64,000 nt of DNA from Myxococcales bacterium (lineage in GTDB: Bacteria > Myxococcota_A > Polyangia > Polyangiales > DASUME01): contig JASGJH010000001.1 of assembly GCA_047601445.1 (NCBI GenBank), positions 1,696,001 through 1,760,000 on the forward strand. The letters are read 5' to 3'. Within the stretch, counting starts at the first letter, position 1, and each line of letters begins with the position of its first letter. The position numbers and the translations under genes are program-made. This document shows positions 10,043 through 20,296 of this stretch, in pieces. Under the pieces are notes generated by a model. It ran no database searches. It was not told where the DNA came from and was given only the letters and a program-made list of their open reading frames with translations.

Positions 10043-10896
10043 CCATGACTCAGCAGCATTTCCACGTGGTGATCGTGGGCGCGGGACCCGCAGGCCTCGG
10101 AGCCGGTCTGTTCACAGCGCGCTACGGCCTGCGAACGCTCCTCTTCGATTGCGGCAAGAGCGTGCTCAAGCAGTGCGCCTACCTGGACAACTACCTCGGT
10201 TTTCCCGGCGGCATCGACGCCGACCAGTTCCTGGCATCGGCGCGCGCCCACGTGCTGGAAGCAGGCTGCCAGATCGCGCGCCGACGCGTGGTCTCCGTGC
10301 AGCGGGCGCCGCACGGGCCAGCGCGCTTCGTGGTCACGACGAATACCGGAGAGTGTGCCCTGGCTGATCGCGTGATCGCCGCGAGCGGCTTCGTCGCCCC
10401 TTACTTGCTCGGGCTCGAAGCCCAGTTGGTCGACTCAGAAGGCGAACTGCGGCCGGGCGCGGTAGCGAACCATGGCCGCACCGCGGTGGAGGGACTGTAT
10501 TTGGCGGGCTGTCTCTCGGGCGCCGAGAGCCAGGCGATGATCAGCGCTGGACACGCCGCCCAGGTCGCCCTCGAACTGGTGCGCGACGTGCGCCAAGAGG
10601 GAGGCCTGTGGGAAGCCCTCGCACGCTACCTCGACTGGCAGGTACGGCGGGGCACGTACGACCGTGAAAGCTGGGTCGAACGCGTACGCGCGTACTTCGA
10701 ACCACTGGTGCGCGCCGAGTCCGAGCACGATCGCACTGCCTTCGAGGCACAGCTCGCACGCTGGATCTCGGCCAAGCGCGCCCAGCAACTCGACACGAGC
10801 GAGGTCAAGCAACGCAGGGGCCGTGCGCGCGAGCTGCGTGGTGCAGTCTCCCCTCACACCGCAAGCCCGGTACAGACCGGACTGGAGGGATCGTGA
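10039..10896 (+). CDS. NAD(P)/FAD-dependent oxidoreductase, thioredoxin reductase-like but lacking CxxC
   Basis: VIVGAGPAG, NYLGFPGGI, GLYLAG. Overlaps both neighbours; the start is TTG 10039 or ATG 10045. Confidence 0.8.
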   Translation: MTMTQQHFHVVIVGAGPAGLGAGLFTARYGLRTLLFDCGKSVLKQCAYLDNYLGFPGGIDADQFLASARAHVLEAGCQIARRRVVSVQRAPHGPARFVVTTNTGECALADRVIAASGFVAPYLLGLEAQLVDSEGELRPGAVANHGRTAVEGLYLAGCLSGAESQAMISAGHAAQVALELVRDVRQEGGLWEALARYLDWQVRRGTYDRESWVERVRAYFEPLVRAESEHDRTAFEAQLARWISAKRAQQLDTSEVKQRRGRARELRGAVSPHTASPVQTGLEGS

Positions 10897-12125
10897 CCCT
10901 CAAGCTTTTTCTGCTGCTCATGACGGCCATCGCGGTGGTGTGCGACTCGATGCTGCACCCCTTCTATCCCCAGTACTTCGCCAGCGTGTTCGGCGTGACG
11001 GACGCCCGTCACGTCGGGGCCTACATCGCCAGCTGCAGCCTGACCGTGCTGCTTACGTTCCCGCTCTGGGCGCTGATCGCGAAGCGAGTGAGCGTCCTTC
11101 GGCTCCTGATCGGGACTCAGCTCGGCACCTGCTTGTTGAGCCTCGTCTGCTACGGCACGCGCTCGCTCCTCGCATTCTGGGTCCTCTCCCTGTGCATGAT
11201 GGTGTGCAAGGCCAGCTATCTCCTGATCTATCCGTACGTGATGAGCTTGGAGCCCAAGGAGAACCATGTCAGCACCATCAGCCTGCTCGCGTTCGTGGTG
11301 TACTTCGGGAACATCTTGGCGGCCCTTGCGAGCGGTGCGCTCTTCGAGTTCGTCGACCCGCGCTCGCTGTTCGTTGCCATGGCGGCAGGCGACGCGCTTC
11401 AAATCGCCCTGTGCTGCTTCATGTTGCGTGCGGCCGAATCGCACCCAGCCCCGTCGTCGAGCAAGGACGAAACCCGGATCCCGACGCGCTACTTGCTGAA
11501 GCTCGGGCTCGTGATGTTCGTGCTCTACTTCAGCGCCTACATCAGCGAGCCTTTTTTTGCACAGTTCTGGGAGACGGTCGCTGCCCTCGACAACAAGTTC
11601 GTGGCCGGCAGTGTGTTCGCCATCCCGGGTGCGGCCGCACTGCTCGGGCTCTTCTTGAACGCTTCCGCAAGCGACGAGGAGGCCACCCCCTACTCCGGAA
11701 TCGCGCCCGCCATCGCGCTCGGAGTGGCCTCGCTGGCGATGCAAGCGAGTGGGCTTCCGCTCGCCGTGGTGGCCGGGCGCTTCCTGTACGGTTGGGCACT
11801 CTTCCAATCGATGGTGCGGCTCGATGGACTGCTATTCCGCTACAGCACCCCCGAGACCTACGCCGTCGATTTCAGCCAAGCCAACCTCTTTCAAGGGCTC
11901 GGCGTCCTGGTCGCCTCGAGCTGTGCAGGTTCGCTCGTCGAGGCCTTCGGGGTGCGGTTGCCCTTTGGCGTGGCCGCCCTCGGTTTCGTGATCGGCGGCC
12001 TCTTGTACCTGAGCCTCTTTCGCTCGGAGCTGCGCGGAGGCGCAGAGGCCTCGCTCGACTCGCGGGCAGAACCGCCCGCTTCGACTTCTCAGGTGACCGT
12101 CGACGAAGGGAGCAGTGCAGCGTGA
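10893..12125 (+). CDS. MFS transporter (probable siderophore exporter)
   Basis: About 12 hydrophobic helices over 410 aa, GTGA overlaps at both ends, embedded in the NIS operon. Confidence 0.85.
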   Translation: MTLKLFLLLMTAIAVVCDSMLHPFYPQYFASVFGVTDARHVGAYIASCSLTVLLTFPLWALIAKRVSVLRLLIGTQLGTCLLSLVCYGTRSLLAFWVLSLCMMVCKASYLLIYPYVMSLEPKENHVSTISLLAFVVYFGNILAALASGALFEFVDPRSLFVAMAAGDALQIALCCFMLRAAESHPAPSSSKDETRIPTRYLLKLGLVMFVLYFSAYISEPFFAQFWETVAALDNKFVAGSVFAIPGAAALLGLFLNASASDEEATPYSGIAPAIALGVASLAMQASGLPLAVVAGRFLYGWALFQSMVRLDGLLFRYSTPETYAVDFSQANLFQGLGVLVASSCAGSLVEAFGVRLPFGVAALGFVIGGLLYLSLFRSELRGGAEASLDSRAEPPASTSQVTVDEGSSAA

Positions 12126-14011
12126 AGACCGAACCTTTGTCCCCACTCCAAGTGACCGAACACCTCGAGCCCGAGGTGTGGTCCAAGGTCAATCGGCTAG
12201 TCATCGCCAAGGCGATCAGCGAGTTCGCTCACGAGCTGCTGATCGCGCCGCTCCTGGTGCGGATGGAAGGAGACTGGGGGCACTACGTGCTCACCACGGA
12301 CCAGCCCGACGTGGAGTATCGCTTCCGCGCCCGCGTCCTGAGCCTCGATCACTGGTGGATCGACAAGCTGTCTTTGAAGAAGGTCCAGCGCGGCTCCGCC
12401 GCCTCCCTCGACGCCCTCTGGTTCATGGTCGAGCTCCGAACCATGCTCGGGCTCTCGGACGCAGTGCTCCCTGAGTATCTCGAAGAGCTCGCCTGCACGC
12501 TCTATGGAGCCGCCCACAAGCACGCACGACCGGGGCCGAGCGCCGCCGTCCTGTGCCGCGGAACGTTCCAGGAGATCGAGACCGCCATGCTCGAAGGCCA
12601 CCCCATCTTCGTGGCCAACAACGCTCGCCTCGGCTTCAACGCTCGAGACTACCCTGCCTACGCGCCAGAGCTGGGGAAACCCATCTCGCTGACCTGGCTT
12701 GCGGTGCGCAAGGAGCTGCTCGCCTTCTCCTGTGTCGATGCGAGCGATTCTGCCCGTGCGCAAGACCCGCACCGCCTCGACTACACCGAGCTCATGGAGC
12801 AGGAGCTGGACCCGAAGACGCGGGACGCCTTCCACGGTGTGCTCGCTGCGCGCGGACTCGACACCGTGGACTATCGCCTGATGCCCGTCCACCCCTGGCA
12901 ATGGACCGATTGCGTCGCCCAGCTCTTCGCGGCCGACCTGGCGCGCGCCGACCTCGTCTACCTGGGTTCAGGCAGCGATCACTACCTCGCGCAGCAGTCG
13001 ATCCGCACACTCTACAACATCAGCCAGCCGCACAAGCGCTACGTAAAGACCTCGCTAAACATCCTGAACATGGGATTCACGCGCGGCATTCCGGCCTCCA
13101 TCGTGCGGGGCGCGGGCGTCAACGAGTGGGTCGAAGAGTTGGTGCGCGGGGATCCCTACCTCCATGCCCACGGCTTCCGCGTGATCCGCGAAGTGGCTTT
13201 CATGGCCTACCGCCACCGTCACTACGAGCGCGTCGTCAGTGAGCGCTCCTCCACTTACAAGGAGATGATGGGGGCCGTCTTCCGCGAGAACCCGGCGCGC
13301 CATCTCGCGACGGGTCAACGCTTGATGACGATGGCCGCGCTCATGTACATCGATCGCGACGGTGCGGCCCTGCTCCCGGCGCTGATCGAGGCCTCCGGAC
13401 TCGGCGTCGCCGAATGGCTGCGCCGCTACCTGCGCTGCTACCTGAAGCCCCTCCTGCACTGTTTCTACCAGCATCACCTGACGTTCTCTCCACACTGTGA
13501 AAACGTCATCCTGGTCCTCGAGCACCACGCGCCCGTGCGCCTCATCATCAAGGACCTCGCCGAAGACATCGGCGTGCTCAACCCGGACTTCGAACTTCCA
13601 CCGAAGGTACGAGGGCTCGCGCTCAAGGTTCCAGAGGATGTCATGACGCTCTCGATCTTCACGGATGCGTTCGACTGCGTGTTCCGCTTCCTGGCCCAGA
13701 TTCTCCTCGAACACGAGAACTTCTCCAACGAGGCCTTCTGGAGCGTCGTGGCGGCCTCCATCCACGAATACCAGTCGGAGCACCCTCACCTCGCCGAGAA
13801 GTTCCGCCGCTACGACCTCTTTGCCCCCACCTTCCTCCGCAACTGCCTCAATCGCCTGCAGCTCACCAACAACCGGATGATGGTCGACCTCAACGCACCC
13901 GAGCCGGTGGACAGCCTGCAGTTCGTTGGCACCCTGCTGAACCCGATCACTCACTTGAAAACGCGACGGGCCCTCCCCGTTCGAGCCGGAGAGACCCACG
14001 ATGCACTCTGA
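12122..14011 (+). CDS. IucA/IucC-family NIS siderophore synthetase (stand-alone, AlcC/DesD-like), 629 aa
   Basis: KAISEFAHE, EGHP, PVHPWQW, QQSIRT, PHCEN and NCLNRLQL motifs. True start is GTG 12122; the ORF-track extension to 10664 shadows the MFS gene. Confidence 0.93.
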   Translation: MKTEPLSPLQVTEHLEPEVWSKVNRLVIAKAISEFAHELLIAPLLVRMEGDWGHYVLTTDQPDVEYRFRARVLSLDHWWIDKLSLKKVQRGSAASLDALWFMVELRTMLGLSDAVLPEYLEELACTLYGAAHKHARPGPSAAVLCRGTFQEIETAMLEGHPIFVANNARLGFNARDYPAYAPELGKPISLTWLAVRKELLAFSCVDASDSARAQDPHRLDYTELMEQELDPKTRDAFHGVLAARGLDTVDYRLMPVHPWQWTDCVAQLFAADLARADLVYLGSGSDHYLAQQSIRTLYNISQPHKRYVKTSLNILNMGFTRGIPASIVRGAGVNEWVEELVRGDPYLHAHGFRVIREVAFMAYRHRHYERVVSERSSTYKEMMGAVFRENPARHLATGQRLMTMAALMYIDRDGAALLPALIEASGLGVAEWLRRYLRCYLKPLLHCFYQHHLTFSPHCENVILVLEHHAPVRLIIKDLAEDIGVLNPDFELPPKVRGLALKVPEDVMTLSIFTDAFDCVFRFLAQILLEHENFSNEAFWSVVAASIHEYQSEHPHLAEKFRRYDLFAPTFLRNCLNRLQLTNNRMMVDLNAPEPVDSLQFVGTLLNPITHLKTRRALPVRAGETHDAL

Positions 14012-16413
14012 ACCCCTGGTCGCGCCAAAAGGCGAGTCCGCCGCGCTGACGGGCGGCGTCGTATTCGCCCAGCACCATCCTGTTTTCGGACCCGTGCAGA
14101 TTCGGCGCATGCGCAATCCGGAGGACATTCCGACGGTTCACGCCTGGGTTGGCCGAGAGTACGCGCGCTTCTGGGGCATGGTCGGGTACTCGTCCGAGCA
14201 GGTGGCCGCCGGCTATCGCGAGATCGCTCGCAACGCAGACGTCTTCCTCGGCTTTCAGGGGGACACGCCCATTTTCCTCATCGAATCCTACGACCCAAGA
14301 CGCGACCCCGTCGGGGGTCACTACGAGGTGCTGCCGGGCGACCGCGGCATGCACGTATTGATGGCTCCACCTGACCGACGCGTGAAGGGCTTCAGCTGGG
14401 CGGTCTTCTCGCTCGTGATGGACTTTCTTTTCGCCGATCCCGGCACGAAGCGCATCGTGGTGGAGCCGGACATCCGCAATCGCCGTATCCACGCGCTCAA
14501 CCGGCGCGCAGGCTTCCGCTACCAGAAGATGATCGAGCTTGGAAGCAAGACCGCCCACTTGGCATTCTGCACGCGCGCTCACTATCTGGAAGCCCTGGCA
14601 ACGCGAGAGGATACCCGGCTCGCCTACCCGCGCGCGCCTACGGCTCCCCATGGGCACGTCCAGCCAGAAGCCTGGCAGGCCGCCAACCGCGCACTGATCT
14701 GCAAGGCGATCTCCGAGTTTGCACACGAGGCGTTGCTCGAGCCCGTGCGAGTCGCCGAGGACGGACCGTGGGGGGTCTACGTACTGGAAGACTCCGAGCA
14801 TACCGTCAGCTATCGCTTTCGCGCACGCATGCTCGCCCTCGACCACTGGTGGATTCGAGCGTAGTTCGCTCGAGAAGCGCGCGGAACACGCCCCCAGCGA
14901 ACTCGACGCGCTCGCGTTCTTCGTGGAGTTCAACCTGCAGCTCGGCATGACCTCCGCGTTGCTACCGGTGTACTTGCAGGAGATCTCCGCCACGCTCTAT
15001 GCAGCGGCCTACAAGCACGAGCGCCAGGTGTTGAGCGCGGCCGACCTGGTCCACGCGGACTTCCAGGAGATCGAGACGTCCATGGCAGAGGGGCACCCAT
15101 GCTTCGTCGCCAACAGCGGACGCGTCGGCTTCGACGCCGATGACTACATCGCCTTTGCACCGGAAGCGGGCACCGATATCCGCATCGTTTGGCTCGCCGC
15201 CCACCGGCAGCACACGCAGTTCACCTCATCGTCCGATCTTTCCTATGAACGGCTCCTCCTGGAGGAGCTCGGTCCGGACACGCTGGCCGACTTCGCGCAG
15301 CGCCTCACGGGCCTGGGCCTCGTGGCCAGCGACTACGTCTATGTGCCGGTTCACCCTTGGCAGTGGTTCAACAAGCTGGTGTTCTTGTTCGCCACCGACC
15401 TGGCCAAGCGCGACCTCGTGTGCCTCGGCTACGGTGAGGATCGCTATCGGGCCCAGCAGTCCATCCGCACCCTGTTCAACCTGAGCCACCCCCGGAAGCG
15501 CTACGTCAAGATGGCGCTGTCGGTGCTCAACATGGGGTTCATGCGCGGATTGTCGGCCGACTACATGCGGGCCACGCCGGCGATCAACGACTGGGTTCAT
15601 CAGGTCGTCGAGAACGATCCTTGTTTCGCCGAGCTCGGCTTTGGCATCCTGCGCGAAGAAGCTGCCGTGGGCTACCGCAGTCCGCTGCTGCAAGCGGCCG
15701 TGCCCAGCGCGAGCCCATACCGCAAGATGCTCGCTGCGCTTTGGCGGGAGAGTCCGACGCAGCTGCTCGGCCCGGGCCGTCGGCTGATGACGATGGCCGC
15801 GCTCCTGCATCGCGATCGCGACGGGCGGGCGCTCTTGCCCCAGCTCATCAAGGCGTCCGGAGTGGACGTCGACGCGTGGCTCGCAGCGTACCTACGCTGC
15901 TATCTCGCGCCGCTACTTCACTGCCTGTACCGCTACGAGCTCGCCTTCATGCCGCACGGAGAAAACATCATTCTGCTGCTGGAGGAGAACCTGCCCATCA
16001 AGGCTCTGCTGAAGGACATCGCGGAGGAGGCCGTCGTGATGGACCCGGAAGCTGAGCTTCCCCCCGAGGTCGCGCGGCTGCGCGCTCCGGTTCCCGAGGA
16101 CGTGAAGGTGCTGTCCATCTTCACGGACGTATTCGACTGCTTCTTTCGCTACCTCGTTCAGATCCTGCTCGAGGAGGCGGGCTACCCCGAGGATCGCTTC
16201 TGGGAACGCGTGGCGGACTGCATCCGCGTCTACCAGGCAAGCCATCCCGAGCTCGCCGCGAAGTTCCAGCGCTACGACGTATTCGCAGCCACGTTCCAGC
16301 GGTCGTGCTTGAACCGTCTTCAACTGCGCAACAATCGCCAGCTGATCGATCTGACCGACCCTGCCAAGAACCTGCAGTTCGTGGGCACGCTGGCAAACCC
16401 AGTCGCGAGCTAA
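14001..16413 (+). pseudogene. Fused N-acyltransferase (AlcB/IucB GNAT) + IucA/IucC synthetase (DfoC/BibC-type), frameshifted as assembled
   Basis: GNAT motifs GDRGMH and VVEPDIRN, then KAISEFAHE...DHWWI. Removing one T at 14854-14855 gives DHWWIERSSLEK and a continuous 803-aa protein with EGHP, PVHPWQW, MPHGEN and SCLNRLQL. May be a sequencing error. Confidence 0.88.
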
Positions 16414-16419
16414 TCCCAG

Positions 16420-17328
16420 ATGGACGACATGGCGTCGCGACTGGAATCGACCCTCGATGCTATCGAAGGGGTGTCGCTGCATTTTCTCTACACGGTGATC
16501 GCCCTCGAGTTGTTGGTCTTGTGGGTGCGGAAGAAGTGGGGCGCAAAGAAAGAGAGCTGGGCGAGCCTCGTCGGATTCAACCTCGGCACGGTGCCCTACG
16601 ACTTGTTCTTTGCGGCAATGCAGTACGAACTCATGGTTTGGATGTACGACCACGCCCGGCTGCTGACGCTCGGGGACGCCTGGTACGTTTGGGTCTTGGC
16701 GTTCGTGCTCTACGACCTGGCCTGGTGGCTGGTGCACTTCGCGGCTCACAAAAATCGCTTCTTGTGGTGCATCCACGGTGCGCATCACACGCCGTCGGAG
16801 ATGAACATGAGCGTGGCCATCCGTGGCTCACTATTGGATTTCGTTCAGTACGTGCACTTGATGGTCTGGCTCCCGATACTGGGCTTCCATCCATTCATGG
16901 TCCTGATCGTCAACGTGACCGCCAGGCTCTACGGCCTGTTCACGCACGTACACAAGGACTTCGCACCGCGCACGCCGATGCTGGATGGCTTCCTCATCAC
17001 TCCCTCGTTGCACCGAGTGCATCACGCGAAGAATCCCGTCTACATCGACACCAACTACGCCAACATGTTTTCGCTCTGGGACCGGGTGTTCGGGACACTG
17101 CAGTTGGAGGTGGCGGACGAGGAACCCGTGTTCGGCGTCACCGACGAAGGCGTGAATGCAGAGAGCGTGATCAGCAGTCAGCTCGGAATCTGGAAGAGCA
17201 TGCTCGCAGACATGCGGGCCACACCGCGGTGGATGGACAAGATCAAGATTCCGTTCATGCCGCCGGACTGGCATCCGCGTGCAGCAACGAACGCGCGGGT
17301 GATTCGCGGGACAGCCCTACGGTCCTAG
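16420..17328 (+). CDS. Sterol desaturase / fatty acid hydroxylase family (alkylglycerol monooxygenase-like)
   Basis: His boxes HFAAH, HGAHH, FTH and HRVHH, plus NYANMFSLWDRVFGT. Starts 6 nt after the synthetase stop. Confidence 0.88.
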   Translation: MDDMASRLESTLDAIEGVSLHFLYTVIALELLVLWVRKKWGAKKESWASLVGFNLGTVPYDLFFAAMQYELMVWMYDHARLLTLGDAWYVWVLAFVLYDLAWWLVHFAAHKNRFLWCIHGAHHTPSEMNMSVAIRGSLLDFVQYVHLMVWLPILGFHPFMVLIVNVTARLYGLFTHVHKDFAPRTPMLDGFLITPSLHRVHHAKNPVYIDTNYANMFSLWDRVFGTLQLEVADEEPVFGVTDEGVNAESVISSQLGIWKSMLADMRATPRWMDKIKIPFMPPDWHPRAATNARVIRGTALRS

Positions 17329-17668
17329 TCGTCGGCCGAAGCCATCGTCGTGTACAGGCTCGGAGCACTCTGCGTTCCCTCACTTCGCCCGCGAGGCGTG
17401 GGCCGTTCCGACGGTTCTCGTCGCGTTGGCCGGCCAGTCTCCCGATACTCAGGAAATAGTATGGTTCACCCCGCCGATCGCGAGCGTCGTTTCAGGACTT
17501 CTGATACCAACTGGTGCCCCAACCATCGTCGAGCTAGCGAAGGCGACGCGACGTCGGTGAGCTCCAGGTGAACGTTCACGGCGCAGCCAAGCGACGTCGA
17601 GCGACGCCTCGCGCCTCCGTCCGCGACCGGCTCGTGCGCCGACGCACGTTCAGTCCAGAGGAGAGAAC

Positions 17669-19252
17669 ATGTCCGCTACGTCCTTCAAAATCAGCGCGCT
17701 CGCGCTGAGCCTGTCCGCCGTCGGCGCCTGCGCCGACCAGGGCGCGCACACCAACCTCGACCAGGCTGAGGGCCGTCGAGTGCTGGCTTCGACGCCCCAG
17801 GCGTTGACTGCGCCAACCACCTATCTCGTCGTCTACAAGCCGGCACCGTTCACGACCGTCCTTTACGTTCCTGCAACGGCTTCCTTCGACATCAGTGTCG
17901 CCGGTGGCAAGCTGGTGTCTTCGTTCCCGGACATCGGCGTGGCCGTCGCCCAGTCCACCAGCGAGACCTTCGCTTCGAAGCTCGCCAAGAACCTGCTCGT
18001 CGAGGGCGTGACCGCCACTGGCGCTGCCGGGATCGCGCTGTCGCCCGCCAGCTTCTCCCCGCCCGCCTGGCCGCCGCTCGGCAACCTGCCCGCGGCCCCG
18101 GCGCCGACGCCCGGTGCCGAGCCCCTGGCTGGCTATCAGTGGAACATGGATCAGATCCACGCCGCACAGGCGCGCGCGATCACCCCGGGTAGGCGCTCGA
18201 TCGTGGTGGGCGTGGCGGATAGCGGCATCGACGACTCGCACGTCGACCTCGCCGGCCAGGTCGACACCAAGCGCAGCGTGAGCTGTGTCGGTGGTATCCC
18301 GGACGATCGCGCCGCGTCATGGCGGGCCGACGACGCGGGCCACGGCACCGCCATGGCGGGCGTAATCGCGGCCAAGAAGAACGGCAAGGGCGTCGCCGGT
18401 ATCGCGCCCGGTGTGTCACTCGCAGCCATCAAGGTTGCGCAGTACGTCCCGGACATCGACTACTACGCAATCTACCCGGAAGCCTTCGTGTGCGGCCTGT
18501 ACTGGGCGGCCAACCGCGGTGTGAACCTGGTCAACGCCAGCCTGGCGCTCGACCCCTGGCTGTACAACTGCCCCAGCGACCCGGCGCAGAAGACGATCAT
18601 CACGGCCACGCAGCGCGCCGTTGCCTACGCTTCCAGCAAGAACGTCACCGTAGTGGCAGCGATGAGCAACGAGGGCGAGGACCTGACCAAGAAGAGCATG
18701 GACCCTTACACCGGTGCGGCCGTCACGCCCGACTGCAAGCTGCTCCCGGTCGAGGCCAGCAACGTGATCGGCGTCAGCGCCGTCGGCTTCACCGGCGACC
18801 TCGCCTTCTACAGCAACTACGGCCTCGGCGTGACCGACTTCGCCGCTCCCGGTGGCGACATGTTCGTGGACGCTGTCGGCTACCCGTCGCCCCAGATCAT
18901 CTCGCCTATCCCGAAGACCAGCAGCATCTACAACTGGGCTGCCGGCTGGGACGGACGCGTGGGCGTGAACTGCAGCGACGGCCTCGACCCCAATGACTCC
19001 ACGGACGTGACCGCCTGCGAGGAGACCTACGCGCTGCTCCAGGGCACCTCGATCGCCACGCCCCACGTGACGGGCATCGCGGCGCTCGCCCTGAGCAAGA
19101 ACCCGCTGCTCACGCCCACGGCGCTCTTCAACGCCCTGAAGGCGGGTGCCACGCCGAAGGCATGCCCGGCCGCCTCCACCTGCGAAGGCCCGGTCGCCAA
19201 CAACGGCTACTTTGGCAACGGCCTCGTGGACGCCCTCAACACGATCGACTGA
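17669..19252 (+). CDS. S8 subtilisin-like serine peptidase, secreted or lipoprotein
   Basis: Catalytic triad motifs VADSGID, GHGTAMAG and QGTSIATPHV. Signal peptide ending AVGAC; GAGGAG RBS. Confidence 0.93.
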   Translation: MSATSFKISALALSLSAVGACADQGAHTNLDQAEGRRVLASTPQALTAPTTYLVVYKPAPFTTVLYVPATASFDISVAGGKLVSSFPDIGVAVAQSTSETFASKLAKNLLVEGVTATGAAGIALSPASFSPPAWPPLGNLPAAPAPTPGAEPLAGYQWNMDQIHAAQARAITPGRRSIVVGVADSGIDDSHVDLAGQVDTKRSVSCVGGIPDDRAASWRADDAGHGTAMAGVIAAKKNGKGVAGIAPGVSLAAIKVAQYVPDIDYYAIYPEAFVCGLYWAANRGVNLVNASLALDPWLYNCPSDPAQKTIITATQRAVAYASSKNVTVVAAMSNEGEDLTKKSMDPYTGAAVTPDCKLLPVEASNVIGVSAVGFTGDLAFYSNYGLGVTDFAAPGGDMFVDAVGYPSPQIISPIPKTSSIYNWAAGWDGRVGVNCSDGLDPNDSTDVTACEETYALLQGTSIATPHVTGIAALALSKNPLLTPTALFNALKAGATPKACPAASTCEGPVANNGYFGNGLVDALNTID

Positions 19253-19258
19253 GCGACT

Positions 19259-19286
19259 GGCAGGCGCCTGCTTGGGGGCGCCTGCC
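19259..19286. terminator. GC-rich hairpin between convergent genes
   Basis: Perfect 10-bp stem GGCAGGCGCC / GGCGCCTGCC with an 8-nt loop, 6 nt after the S8 stop. No strong U-tract. Confidence 0.6.
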
Positions 19287-19318
19287 TTGCAACGTCGTGC
19301 CGGGGTTTGGCGGACCGC

Positions 19319-20221
19319 CTAGTCCGAGAACCCCTGCTTGAACAATCCCGCTTTCAGGTCCCGCTCGAGCGCCGTTGCGTCGTGGGCGACCACCACGTGG
19401 ACGTCCTTGGGCAGCGCGTTCAATGCCTGGAGCTCGGCGGCCACGGCGGCGCGGTCCTCCTTCATCAAGGGTGTGCCCGCGAGGCCGGGACGACCGCGCT
19501 CGAGGCGGATGTTGTCCTCGGTCCAGGCGATGTCGCCCACGAACAGGTAGCGCTTGCCATCCGCCAGCTCGACGTAGATCAGCTGTGTACCCGGCGTGTG
19601 ACCCGGCGCCTTCTGGAGCACCACACCAGGCGCCACCGCGTGCAGACCGCTGTAGTCAAGCAACTTGAGTTGCTCGAGGGTTCCAGGCGCGAACTTCTCG
19701 CGATCGAGCTTGGGCCCATTGAACTGCTCGCGCGTCATGATCACGTGACCCACGATGGCCGGAAAGTTGGGCGCACTGGCGACGCCACCCACGTGATCCG
19801 GATGCTCGTGCGTAAACACGATGCTCTGCGTTTTCAGCATGGCCTTTTGCAGGCGCGCGTAGGCACTCTCATCGAACTTGGACCCCGGCATGTCTTCACC
19901 GTCCTTGGGGCTGAAGGCGGTGTCGATGATCAACGAGTGGTCTGGCCACATCACGCGGTGGGCGAGCAACACCATGGGATGCATCTTGAAGCCGTCGCCC
20001 GCGACGACCATGGTGCGCGGAAACGCGAAGTCGGCGATCTTTTCTACCTCGATCGACGTGGGCAGCGGACCGCCGCCCTGAGTCGCGGCTTGATGAAGGG
20101 CCTTCAGATCGATCACGAAGGGGGCGTCCGGGTCCGCCGCCGTGTCGAGCAGCAGAACCTTGGCAGCCAACAAGAACGCCGAGAACACAGCCAAACCGAT
20201 GAGCCAACGCTTGAGTCGCAT
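19319..20221 (-). CDS. MBL-fold metallo-hydrolase with N-terminal signal/anchor
   Basis: THEHPDHVGG, PGHTPG, VGD and AHD metal-binding motifs. Confidence 0.9.
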   Translation of the reverse strand: MRLKRWLIGLAVFSAFLLAAKVLLLDTAADPDAPFVIDLKALHQAATQGGGPLPTSIEVEKIADFAFPRTMVVAGDGFKMHPMVLLAHRVMWPDHSLIIDTAFSPKDGEDMPGSKFDESAYARLQKAMLKTQSIVFTHEHPDHVGGVASAPNFPAIVGHVIMTREQFNGPKLDREKFAPGTLEQLKLLDYSGLHAVAPGVVLQKAPGHTPGTQLIYVELADGKRYLFVGDIAWTEDNIRLERGRPGLAGTPLMKEDRAAVAAELQALNALPKDVHVVVAHDATALERDLKAGLFKQGFSD

Positions 20222-20296
20222 CGCTCACTCTCGTAGCACACGCGCTACGTGCCGACAGCGGGCCGCCCCTCGCGCCCAGTAGGTCCGCTTGGCGAA

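Noticed and set aside
10664..12121. 1115-aa ORF suggesting a giant N-terminally extended IucA/IucC
   Set aside because: The extension is an Arg/Pro-rich off-frame shadow of the MFS gene. Homology begins at GTG 12122.
14841..14870. Programmed ribosomal frameshift in the GNAT-synthetase fusion
   Set aside because: No slippery heptamer or stimulatory structure is evident. A single-base insertion explains it more simply.
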